Source: a virus (taxonomy: Duplodnaviria; Heunggongvirae; Uroviricota; Caudoviricetes). Taken from it: a stretch of 15,401 nt of DNA. The notes beneath the pieces were generated by a model. The model had not been told where the DNA came from, did not search any database, and saw nothing but the letters and a program-made list of their open reading frames with translations. The translations under genes were made by a program, and so were the position numbers. Positions 1 through 6,404 of the stretch are shown one piece after another. The stretch lies in the IMG/VR virus record IMGVR_UViG_2547132277_000010; one strand, 5' to 3'. Every line of letters begins with the position of its first letter. The first letter of the stretch is position 1.

Positions 1-192
1 TCAGGAGCATTTCTGATTAACGCCACCGTTAAGAATCCACCCTTCAACAGCTTCACGAAGGTATGATTTGGGGTGGGTTCTGACTGGCTTCGGAAATCCG
101 TGTCGTTTGGTATAGTTCCAGATTGTCTGACGTGATGAAACACCGAGCTTGTTCATCACTTCTTTCTCAGGAATCAGGCTGGTATCGGTCAT
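1..192 (-). CDS. AlpA/Xis-like small HTH protein (excisionase / prophage regulatory protein family), 63 aa
   Basis: Complete ORF with TGA at bases 1-3. Small basic protein with the WNYTKRHGFPKP-type motif typical of AlpA/Vis/Xis-like proteins. Sits at the int-proximal end of the leftward operon; an integrase would lie beyond the left edge. Recognition from memory only. Confidence 0.7.
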   Translation of the reverse strand: MTDTSLIPEKEVMNKLGVSSRQTIWNYTKRHGFPKPVRTHPKSYLREAVEGWILNGGVNQKCS

Positions 193-269
193 CTTAATTC
201 TCCAGGCAAAAAGAAACCGCCATATAGCGGCTATATCAGATATGTACAGGCCTCATCGAGTGTGAGGCG

Positions 270-614
270 TTAGTCCTTGCGTAGCTCGCTGATTCTTCTG
301 TAAGTCTCTGGTGCTTTGTTTCCGTGTATCTTCATTTCAGACTTCAACAGAGCAACGAGGGAATCCCATTCGTTGAGGATGCCTTTGAATGCCGGAACGC
401 GCTTTGCAACCTTGTCGAATGAATCTCTGATTTCTGGAGTCTGCTCAACAAGTGCAACGCATCGTCTGAAATCGGCTGCGTCATGTGGAGCACCGAAGCT
501 ATGACCATAGATATTCTTTTTCAGTCCACATGCGATTGAGGCAAGAGTTGCGCTACTGATGCCAACATCGCCAGTCGATTGCCATTTCAAAACCTTCATA
601 GCCAAATCTGACAT
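270..614 (-). CDS. hypothetical prophage protein, 114 aa
   Basis: ATG at 614..612 preceded by GGAGA with about 6 nt spacing. No family recognised. Lies in the position of lambda ea/accessory genes between the recombination genes and xis. Confidence 0.6.
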   Translation of the reverse strand: MSDLAMKVLKWQSTGDVGISSATLASIACGLKKNIYGHSFGAPHDAADFRRCVALVEQTPEIRDSFDKVAKRVPAFKGILNEWDSLVALLKSEMKIHGNKAPETYRRISELRKD

Positions 615-619
615 TTCTT

Positions 620-652
620 GTCTCCATAAAACAAAACTCGCCGTAGCGAGTT
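620..652 (-). terminator. hairpin (7 bp stem AACTCGC/GCGAGTT, loop CGTA, 635-652) followed on the minus strand by a U-rich tract; candidate intrinsic terminator or attenuator
   Basis: Inverted repeat read directly from the sequence; the reverse complement of 620-634 is TTTGTTTTATGGAGA. Located between the 92 aa membrane ORF and the 114 aa ORF. Confidence 0.4.
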
Positions 653-772
653 CAGATAAAAGAAAACCCCGCGAGTGCGAGGATTGTTATTGTCTTTTCT
701 TCGTGCATTTGTCGCACTTTCGGCACCATCCAGATAGGCACATCCGTCCGCAATTAACACATATAGGCCACA

Positions 773-1051
773 TCATTTTTCCTCTTTTGGTTTATGAATC
801 TGAATGGTCATGCCGCTTTGAGTGGTGACTACAATGACAGAACCAGGCTGAAGACTGTTAAGATTGAATGCTTCGTAAAACGAATCCAAGGCCAGCGCTT
901 TTTTATTCTTTCGGTTCCACCAACGCCATCCCTTGCTACAGGCTACACTGACAATCCACTGCCCACTCCTGTAAGCCATATAAAACCAGATGAGCAAAAC
1001 CTGAAGGAATGCTATCCAGTCAATAATCGTATATTTCGCGAAGGAGTACAT
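773..1051 (-). CDS. small membrane protein, 92 aa (one N-terminal hydrophobic helix)
   Basis: ATG at 1051..1049 shares one base with the TGA of the upstream DUF551 ORF (TGATG) and is preceded by GGAGGTGA; the track's start at 1054 is a GTG one codon upstream. Hydrophobic stretch IIDWIAFLQVLLIWFYMAY. Confidence 0.55.
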   Translation of the reverse strand: MYSFAKYTIIDWIAFLQVLLIWFYMAYRSGQWIVSVACSKGWRWWNRKNKKALALDSFYEAFNLNSLQPGSVIVVTTQSGMTIQIHKPKEEK

Positions 1052-1347
1052 CACTTCACCTCCTGCTGTGGTGCTGCTGGCATTTCACGCCAGTGCGTAA
1101 CTGAGTGCGGATCCGGATATTCGGTGCCATCATCCCAGCGATTGCCATTCCACATTGCAGACCACATCTCACCGTCTTCATACATGACCATTACCGGAAT
1201 TAACTTATCCGGCATTCGCTCACTACAGCTTATCCAACTATCCGGAGTTACCGGATAGTTGCCGGGTTCTTTAATGTGCAAGCGAGGCTCACCATCTTTT
1301 GGTTCAGGCCACTGGCGCTTCATGTTGATCTTCAATTTATCTTCCAT
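1051..1347 (-). CDS. DUF551-like phage protein; start uncertain (ATG at 1347 or 1323; the track's ATG at 1506 lies inside the upstream annealase gene)
   Basis: C-terminal region WISCSERMPD...VMYEDGEMW...NGNRWDDG resembles the DUF551 domain common in enterobacterial prophages. The upstream gene ends at 1367, so an internal Met start is most likely. Confidence 0.5.
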   Translation of the reverse strand: MEDKLKINMKRQWPEPKDGEPRLHIKEPGNYPVTPDSWISCSERMPDKLIPVMVMYEDGEMWSAMWNGNRWDDGTEYPDPHSVTHWREMPAAPQQEVK

Positions 1348-1366
1348 AGCAGCGGTAATTTCAGCA

Positions 1367-1930
1367 TCACTGATACCAGCACGGCGCTGTGCATCCCACA
1401 ACCGATGGAGATTTCTGGTTGGTATTTTCTGGTGATGGTTTGTTAACTGATGCTGGGATTGCCCATCCCGGCAGCGATGGAGGGAGCCAGTAAAATCCTG
1501 TTCCATCCTTCAGTTTTGCCCTGTGCCACCCCTGCTTTTTATCGAGAGATGTTTGTGCGAAACCTTCCTCAAGGTTATACAGATACCGACCGATTCCCCA
1601 CTGAACGGCAGCGCGCTTCATTGCACCGGAACGACCACCTTTGACGGCTTCTACCTGCGTGTTTTCAGCAGCATCCCATTTGGTTACCCATTCGGAATCA
1701 ATCTTTATCGATATGCCGCATTCAACGCCGCCGTTGTTGGGAATATCGCGGTATTCATTGCGCCATCCTGCTTTGCCGCAAACATCGTCCAGGCGTTTCA
1801 TGATTGCCCGGTTCGTGACATAAGCCAGCACCATAGCCCACACTTTGCCATCGCGTGTTTTACCGCTTTGCTGTATTCGCCATTCGATATCTTCAGGGCT
1901 GAATGGCTCATCGAATTTATTCAAATCCAT
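1367..1930 (-). CDS. Rad52/Rad22-family single-strand annealing protein (Sak-like recombinase), 187 aa
   Basis: ATG at 1930 preceded by GAGGTG. The translation has the Rad52/Sak-type N-terminal annealing-domain character (from memory). It occupies the bet position of a lambdoid pL operon. Confidence 0.8.
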   Translation of the reverse strand: MDLNKFDEPFSPEDIEWRIQQSGKTRDGKVWAMVLAYVTNRAIMKRLDDVCGKAGWRNEYRDIPNNGGVECGISIKIDSEWVTKWDAAENTQVEAVKGGRSGAMKRAAVQWGIGRYLYNLEEGFAQTSLDKKQGWHRAKLKDGTGFYWLPPSLPGWAIPASVNKPSPENTNQKSPSVVGCTAPCWYQ

Positions 1931-1938
1931 AATTCACC

Positions 1939-2109
1939 TCAGAATGGACATGGCCCAAGGAAATAACGCTGATTTAATACTTCGACTCGGGACAAATTAA
2001 GGCATACCCGCATTCCTTCGCGGTCACCATTATGGCGATACCAGAGAGCTTTCTGCGTGTACATGCGTCTCTGTAACTTGCTCTCCTTCACTGTGGTTGC
2101 AAGTGACAT
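1939..2109 (-). CDS. hypothetical small protein, 56 aa (MSLATTVKESKLQRRMYTQKALWYRHNGDREGMRVCLNLSRVEVLNQRYFLGPCPF)
   Basis: Translated by hand (below the track's size cutoff). ATG at 2109 preceded by AGGAGA with 5 nt spacing; its TGA lies inside the annealase RBS. Overlaps the 52 aa ORF by 80 nt in another frame. Confidence 0.4.
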   Translation of the reverse strand: MSLATTVKESKLQRRMYTQKALWYRHNGDREGMRVCLNLSRVEVLNQRYFLGPCPF

Positions 2110-2188
2110 GAATATCTCCTTCGTTACCGATTAAATCTTTCATCTGACGAATGAATTCTTCGTCTGACCAGTTATCTGTAAAACTCAT
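2030..2188 (-). CDS. hypothetical small acidic protein, 52 aa (MSFTDNWSDEEFIRQMKDLIGNEGDIHVTCNHSEGEQVTETHVHAESSLVSP)
   Basis: Translated by hand. Its ATG overlaps the TGA of the Kil-like ORF (ATGA), suggesting translational coupling. Sits in the lambda gam position. Confidence 0.4.
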   Translation of the reverse strand: MSFTDNWSDEEFIRQMKDLIGNEGDIHVTCNHSEGEQVTETHVHAESSLVSP

Positions 2189-2337
2189 TTCCTGCGATAC
2201 CACGGAAGGTTGATAGCTGATTTTATCGCTTTATTTGCTTCAAGCCACATTTTTGAATCACCAATAAATCTGGCTATTACTGCTTTGTTTTGTGCTGCAC
2301 GAAGCATCTGGTGATTGATGGCTATTTCATTGCGCAT
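2185..2337 (-). CDS. kil: Kil-like small protein, 50 aa (MRNEIAINHQMLRAAQNKAVIARFIGDSKMWLEANKAIKSAINLPWYRRK)
   Basis: Translated by hand. GGAGG lies 5 nt upstream of the ATG at 2337. It is the gene immediately after the cIII-like gene, as in lambda (cIII then kil), and has an FIGD-containing motif that I recall from lambda Kil. Recollection, not verified. Confidence 0.45.
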   Translation of the reverse strand: MRNEIAINHQMLRAAQNKAVIARFIGDSKMWLEANKAIKSAINLPWYRRK

Positions 2338-2456
2338 AACGCCTCCAGTTGTTTCTTTGCTGCTCTGATTAATTGTTTAACTCGGCGTGATAATTCAGAT
2401 TCGTGCGGGTAGAAAGCGGACATGACGCCGCTACCCGCGAGCTGAAAGTGCATCAT
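2322..2456 (-). CDS. cIII: cIII-like protein (FtsH/HflB inhibitor family), 44 aa (MMHFQLAGSGVMSAFYPHESELSRRVKQLIRAAKKQLEALCAMK)
   Basis: Translated by hand. AAGGAG lies 6 nt upstream of the ATG at 2456. The pattern LAG-x7-P-x-ES-x-L-x-R(I/V)-x-x-LIR parallels lambda CIII (AIAGWPVAGCPSESLLERITRKLRDGWKRL, from memory). Overlaps the kil-like ORF by 16 nt. Confidence 0.6.
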   Translation of the reverse strand: MMHFQLAGSGVMSAFYPHESELSRRVKQLIRAAKKQLEALCAMK

Positions 2457-2523
2457 GGGTAACTCCTTATATTTGATTGCATAACGAAAAACGCCTCGAG
2501 TGAAGCGTTATTGGTATGCATAT

Positions 2524-2547
2524 AAAAAGGCCCTCACATTGGAGGGC
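2524..2547 (-). terminator. GC-rich hairpin (GCCCTC / loop / GAGGGC) followed on the minus strand by UUUUU; tL-like terminator or attenuator between the N-proximal genes and cIII
   Basis: Stem 2530-2535 pairs with 2542-2547; the plus-strand AAAAA at 2524-2528 is a U-run on the minus strand. A weaker hairpin AACGC/GCGTT at 2490-2509 lies next to it. Confidence 0.35.
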
Positions 2548-2609
2548 AAAGAAGATTTCCAATAATCAGAACAAGTCGGCTCCTGTTTAGTTACGAGCGA
2601 CATTGCTCC

Positions 2610-2637
2610 GTGTATTCACTCGTTGGAATGAATACAC
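2610..2637 (-). other. perfect 9 bp inverted repeat GTGTATTCA / TGAATACAC with a 10 nt loop; candidate RNA processing or regulatory hairpin in the cIII leader
   Basis: Read directly from the sequence; no flanking U-run on either strand, so not a canonical intrinsic terminator. Confidence 0.3.
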
Positions 2638-2651
2638 AGTGCTTATTCGTA

Positions 2652-2966
2652 TTAATAAAACACCCAATTTTCTGTTTCTTGGTTGTGTCCAAAGTTATAT
2701 TCAATATCTGGTGTTGATGTATCAATATTCTTCATCCCATCAACAAGAGTTGATACAACAGCCAAATCTTGTTTGATTCTCATCAAATGGTATTTCTTCC
2801 GGCGCAATAAACTTTCAATGGCAAGTTTCTTCGTCGGGAATGCAAAAGATCTTTCTGCATTTTTTGCTACTTTCTTAATTGCATATCTATTTCTCCTTTG
2901 TTTCCATTCCTGTAACCACTGATTTGGTGCTGGTTTAAAATTAACAATCCAATGCGCAGGAACCAA
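2652..2966 (-). CDS. hypothetical basic protein, 104 aa; doubtful start (TTG); may be the downstream half of a frameshifted gene together with 2867..3187
   Basis: The track ORF begins at TTG 2966 with no in-frame ATG until M62. The reading frame is open back to a stop at 2999..2997 and overlaps the 3' end of the 106 aa ORF. Confidence 0.3.
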   Translation of the reverse strand: MVPAHWIVNFKPAPNQWLQEWKQRRNRYAIKKVAKNAERSFAFPTKKLAIESLLRRKKYHLMRIKQDLAVVSTLVDGMKNIDTSTPDIEYNFGHNQETENWVFY

Positions 2967-3187
2967 CCATGCATAATGCTCTGTCTGATGAAAAGCTTAT
3001 ATTGAAGTGCGAATATTTTGATTCCATCTTCTTCAACTGTCGCTTGGAATCTCCAGAAAACAGGCATTCCATCATGTTCAGTTTCTGATTTAGGAAAAGG
3101 TACGCTCCATGATTTTGTCATATCTAACCTCAAATAAGTGGTTTGCTGCCAAAACAATGAACCATCCGGAAATTCCAGATAGTTCAT
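2867..3187 (-). CDS. hypothetical protein, 106 aa
   Basis: ATG at 3187 overlaps the TGA of the upstream 74 aa ORF (ATGA). Its last ~33 codons overlap the 104 aa ORF and look less protein-like. Confidence 0.5.
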   Translation of the reverse strand: MNYLEFPDGSLFWQQTTYLRLDMTKSWSVPFPKSETEHDGMPVFWRFQATVEEDGIKIFALQYKLFIRQSIMHGWFLRIGLLILNQHQISGYRNGNKGEIDMQLRK

Positions 3188-3408
3188 AATTCACTCTTCA
3201 ATACTTCCAACTTACTAATCGCCGAAAGATATCCGCGCTGATAGGGCATCATCATTCCTTCGAGCTTGCCACTTCTTAACTCCTCCCTGAGCAATTGTAT
3301 TGCTTGATCAATAACCTCTGCCTTAGCGTCCTTTATGGCTTGCTTGCGGGGCTTTGCTTTCTGCTTTGGCAGATTTCTCAAGCATGATGGAATGTATGTC
3401 TGATTCAT
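3184..3408 (-). CDS. hypothetical small protein, 74 aa, immediately downstream of N
   Basis: ATG at 3408 (the track starts one codon earlier at GTG 3411). AGGTAAG lies upstream. No family recognised. Confidence 0.55.
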   Translation of the reverse strand: MNQTYIPSCLRNLPKQKAKPRKQAIKDAKAEVIDQAIQLLREELRSGKLEGMMMPYQRGYLSAISKLEVLKSEL

Positions 3409-3411
3409 CAC

Positions 3412-3795
3412 TTACCTGGCTGTCAGTTGTTTTGATTTCCGGTAGCCTGCTGCGTAAAGAGCTACATTTGGAAGACATACACCAGTTTCTGGTTGCTTAT
3501 GTCCAAACTCATTCGCGTACACAATGGCCGCTCGCTCCAGATTGCGTCTGTATTCTTTCTGTTGCCAGATCACGTCCTGTGCCATGAACTTAATTGGCTT
3601 AGCGTCTTCTATGCGCTCAGGCGTTTCGTGAGTACCTTTAGCCTGAATCTGCGCTCTGCTTAGAGTAGGGCGGTGTAATACTTCTGAACTTATTGCTTCT
3701 TCGCGGGCCAGCACGCCGTTAGCTAATGCCTTTGCCTTTAAACGCTCACGACGACGAGAACGTGAATTGCCTTTGAACTGAGTTCTGCGTGTCAT
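3412..3795 (-). CDS. N: N-type transcription antitermination protein (P22 gp24-like), 127 aa
   Basis: AGGAGG lies 5 nt upstream of the ATG at 3795. N-terminal arginine-rich motif (NSRSRRRERLKAKALA) and C-terminal LPNVALYAAGYRKSKQLTAR, matching the P22 gp24 C-terminus LPGVALYAAGHRKSKQITAR as I recall it. Confidence 0.85.
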   Translation of the reverse strand: MTRRTQFKGNSRSRRRERLKAKALANGVLAREEAISSEVLHRPTLSRAQIQAKGTHETPERIEDAKPIKFMAQDVIWQQKEYRRNLERAAIVYANEFGHKQPETGVCLPNVALYAAGYRKSKQLTAR

Positions 3796-3960
3796 ATAGA
3801 CCTCCTGATGAACTTTGGTGGTGTGGTAGGTGGGAGACCCATTTCGACCTGTTTCGGCCTACTTCAATTCGGCAATAGTCCCGCAGGCCTCGCCGCTTTA
3901 CGTGCGACATATTCCTGTCCATGAACCCTTCACCACACCCCAAAGTTCACTTTGGTTATT

Positions 3961-3975
3961 GCGCTTTGTCAGCGC
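3961..3975 (-). promoter_or_regulatory. nutL boxB hairpin (minus-strand RNA GCGCUGACAAAGCGC)
   Basis: Plus strand gcgctttgtcagcgc. On the leftward transcript this is a 4 bp GC stem with loop UGACAAA, identical to the P22 boxB as I recall it. Lies between the candidate pL and N. Confidence 0.6.
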
Positions 3976-4044
3976 CGTAGATTCTTGCTTGAATCGTTGT
4001 ATATTCACCGCCCTGGTGAGTAGTGCGTCCTGCTGATGGCGATA

Positions 4045-4083
4045 ATAATGAACCAATAGTTCGATATTATCAAGAACTATTGG
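4045..4083 (-). promoter_or_regulatory. candidate pL promoter (-35 TTGATA at 4073..4068, 17 bp spacer, -10 CATTAT at 4050..4045) overlapped by a 10 bp inverted repeat operator CCAATAGTTC-N11-GAACTATTGG
   Basis: Hexamers and inverted repeat (4053-4062 / 4074-4083) read from the sequence. The core AGTTC-N11-GAACT recurs in the cI/cro intergenic region as CAGTTC-N11-GTACTG. Confidence 0.4.
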
Positions 4084-4256
4084 TACGAATTTTTGTGATT
4101 TATTAACTCTGCGAAGTATGATTTTGATATATAAGGAAATTTATTTTTGTAAATGTGGCTGATGAAGGTTATGCGGCAGGGATCAGAACTGCATGGTTTA
4201 GCGAATTACATCAATAAATACAATTGGTTATGTGTTTTTTTTGGGGCGAGAGGCAA

Positions 4257-4286
4257 AGAAAACCCGGCGCTGAGGCCGGGTTTTTC
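4257..4286 (-). terminator. bidirectional intrinsic terminator (AAAA-AACCCGGC-GCTGAG-GCCGGGTT-TTTTT) ending the cI / accessory-gene operon
   Basis: 8 bp GC-rich stem with runs on both sides, placed directly after the stop of the 258 aa ORF. Confidence 0.65.
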
Positions 4287-5062
4287 TAGGCTACCAGAGA
4301 CTCAATCCAAGAGTCTCTGGTATGGAATGGCAACACTCGTGCGGTATCATTAAATAGTAGTGATAGTTGCTGTAGCTCAGGTGTTAACCCATCGCTGTCA
4401 ACTATTACAAATCTATTGTTTATGTCAGGAACGACCTGACTTAAGTCAACAATCTTCCCAACTGTTGAGTGGGCAGTATTCCATCCCTTACTGCTGGCAA
4501 GGCTTACCGTAAACCCGCGTTTTGGTGGTATTAGTCGAGACTCATTCCTTAGCGTTAACGGAACAGTAATGTTATGCCCACTAATACCTTTCACTTTTTC
4601 CTTTAAGGCTAGTCGCTTCCCAAGCCCTGCTGATTTTAAGTAACTGATTACACATTTTTCGAACTTATCGTCTTTGACCTCAGCATACCAATCAGCAGTT
4701 TGGGCGGATGCAAGAATCCCACCACGAATAACATTTGCAGTTACCTGTCCAACGGACGACTCATCTGCCCACGCAGATATCTCTCCAGAGTCATTTAATG
4801 AAATTCCTTGCGAAGCGAGTGATGACCTGATCAGATCAATTTTCTTTTTAGTCAGGTGGATGCCGCGTGATTCAATATTCATCAATGTATCGCAGTAGTC
4901 TGTAACCCTATACTGACCACTCATCTCTTGAACGAATACACTTATCTGCTCACAATCATCGTAGTATGTGAATGGACTAATAACGCGCAGCAACGTGTCG
5001 CTCATTGGGTGGCATTCAAACCCGAGCTTAGATATGACTGTTGAACACGTTACATTTCCCAT
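4286..5062 (-). CDS. hypothetical protein, 258 aa; distal gene of a two-gene accessory cassette in the rexAB-equivalent position
   Basis: ATG at 5062 lies 10 nt upstream of the stop of the 180 aa ORF (13 nt overlap); AGGT is upstream. No family recognised and no obvious transmembrane segments. The locus is visibly more AT-rich than flanking phage DNA. Confidence 0.75.
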   Translation of the reverse strand: MGNVTCSTVISKLGFECHPMSDTLLRVISPFTYYDDCEQISVFVQEMSGQYRVTDYCDTLMNIESRGIHLTKKKIDLIRSSLASQGISLNDSGEISAWADESSVGQVTANVIRGGILASAQTADWYAEVKDDKFEKCVISYLKSAGLGKRLALKEKVKGISGHNITVPLTLRNESRLIPPKRGFTVSLASSKGWNTAHSTVGKIVDLSQVVPDINNRFVIVDSDGLTPELQQLSLLFNDTARVLPFHTRDSWIESLVA

Positions 5063-5592
5063 GATAACTGACCTGATTTATCTTGATTAGGTAAAGGTGG
5101 GCTGCCTTCATATATGATATTAAGCGCCTCGCAAAAATAATTCCAGTAGCCAAAAAAATCATCTGGCTTGATGTTCGTTTCAAGCTTAAGTGCAATTTCT
5201 TCCCCAGCTGATTCGAAGTACATGTGATAGTGAGGACCTCGAGCCACCTCAACAAAATCTGGATGGTTCACTATAGATTTATTACGGTGTGGCTTGTTAT
5301 CCGCAGGGTACGGATCAAGCGCGTAAATGCGCCTGTCATGAAGAAACATCACAAATGAAATCTTCACTATATCCACCCCTTCAACGATAGGAGGACGCCA
5401 GTGAAGCATAAATCTTATGCCTGTGATTGGGTTGCCAATTTCATCAAAAGCTTTGAGATCCAATTTAAACCAGATTGGGGTTCGTCCCTCACTTCCGGTC
5501 CATGTAACTCCGCTAAAAGTTACTTTTTTCAAGCGAGTAATAGCTTGGTCAACCTCTTTCTGGGTAGGCTTAAAGTCGCCTTTTTTAGCCAC
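5050..5592 (-). CDS. hypothetical protein, 180 aa; proximal gene of the accessory cassette downstream of cI
   Basis: Longest ORF begins at GTG 5592 with no nearby in-frame ATG; GGTGA lies about 9 nt upstream. Same strand as cI, 97 bp downstream of its stop. No family recognised. Confidence 0.7.
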   Translation of the reverse strand: MAKKGDFKPTQKEVDQAITRLKKVTFSGVTWTGSEGRTPIWFKLDLKAFDEIGNPITGIRFMLHWRPPIVEGVDIVKISFVMFLHDRRIYALDPYPADNKPHRNKSIVNHPDFVEVARGPHYHMYFESAGEEIALKLETNIKPDDFFGYWNYFCEALNIIYEGSPPLPNQDKSGQLSWEM

Positions 5593-5689
5593 TGATTCGT
5601 ATCACCATGAAAGTTATTGTTAATACCTGTGCTTCTTGTCACCCAAACGTCTCTTCAGGCCACTGGCTATCAGCTATGTGACGATGAAG

Positions 5690-6397
5690 TCACGAACTTT
5701 TCAGCCACTCCCTTGCCTCGATGTCATCCAGATGGCGAGATTGCTTCAGAATACCAGCCACATACTCCACCTTTGCTACTTGATGATAAGGCAACGTTAT
5801 TGGCCTATGGTCCTGGTTGATGCTTGTAAACTGGTATTCTCCGTCTCTGTCATAGCCAAGAACTTTGATCATGTTGTGTCCTTCAACGGTTCTGACAAAC
5901 ACCTCATCACCCGGGAATACTTTGGTGTTAGGCTCAATGAGTACATATTCTCCTGATTTTATTCTAGGCCACATGCTGTCTCCTTTCACACGAAGACCAA
6001 AGGCATCTGGATCATCGCTATAAATCTTGAGCCACCCATCGCGCTCTTCGGTCATCTCGATGGCACCATCAACACCAAGAATTGCCTCACCAACCACGCG
6101 CACTAACCCTTTTTTTAATTTGCCAACAAATGAAAGAGTATCTTCATCATTCGCTCCATTTAACGAAGTGCCGTGCTGAAGCCAAACAACATCAACGTTT
6201 AGAAATTTCGCAAGCGCATTCATTTTTTCCTGACGCGGTAAAGACTCAGCATTAAACCACTTGCTAACGCCTTTGGACGAAAGAGAAAGGGCACGGGCTA
6301 TAGCCATTCCCCTACCATGTTCATCAAGACCAGCTTCTTTACAGGCTTGCGCTAGCCGCTGGGCGAATTCTTTGCGCACTTTTTCATTCTGAACCAT
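5690..6397 (-). CDS. cI: CI-type prophage repressor (N-terminal HTH, C-terminal LexA-like S24 peptidase domain), 235 aa
   Basis: HTH region MAIARALSLSSKGVSKWFNAES and C-terminal GDSMWP...VLIEP motifs typical of autocleaving repressors. Divergent from the cro-like gene. No Shine-Dalgarno before the ATG, consistent with a leaderless pRM transcript as in lambda. Confidence 0.9.
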   Translation of the reverse strand: MVQNEKVRKEFAQRLAQACKEAGLDEHGRGMAIARALSLSSKGVSKWFNAESLPRQEKMNALAKFLNVDVVWLQHGTSLNGANDEDTLSFVGKLKKGLVRVVGEAILGVDGAIEMTEERDGWLKIYSDDPDAFGLRVKGDSMWPRIKSGEYVLIEPNTKVFPGDEVFVRTVEGHNMIKVLGYDRDGEYQFTSINQDHRPITLPYHQVAKVEYVAGILKQSRHLDDIEAREWLKSS

Positions 6398-6404
6398 GAG
6401 TACG

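Noticed and set aside
316-1258. Plus-strand ORFs 316..504, 559..828, 794..1258
   Set aside because: Antisense to the minus-strand early operon genes, which are coupled by overlaps and RBSs. The plus-strand frames cross gene boundaries and have no start signals.
1450-1966. Plus-strand ORFs of 64, 147 and 60 aa (1450..1644, 1523..1966, 1641..1823)
   Set aside because: All lie antisense to the Rad52-like annealase, whose translation is clearly protein-like and fits the leftward operon structure.
3746-4353. ORFs 3746..3943 (-), 3830..4036 (+), 4153..4353 (+) in the N leader / pL region
   Set aside because: This interval contains the nutL boxB, candidate pL/OL and the terminator. The ORFs overlap these regulatory elements and the N start, and have no RBS.
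5028-5956. ORFs 5028..5255 (-), 5401..5595 (+), 5417..5623 (+), 5617..5820 (+), 5636..5956 (+)
   Set aside because: They lie in alternative or antisense frames of the 180 aa and cI genes; the cI frame is unambiguous (HTH and S24 motifs) and the 180/258 aa pair shows coupling.
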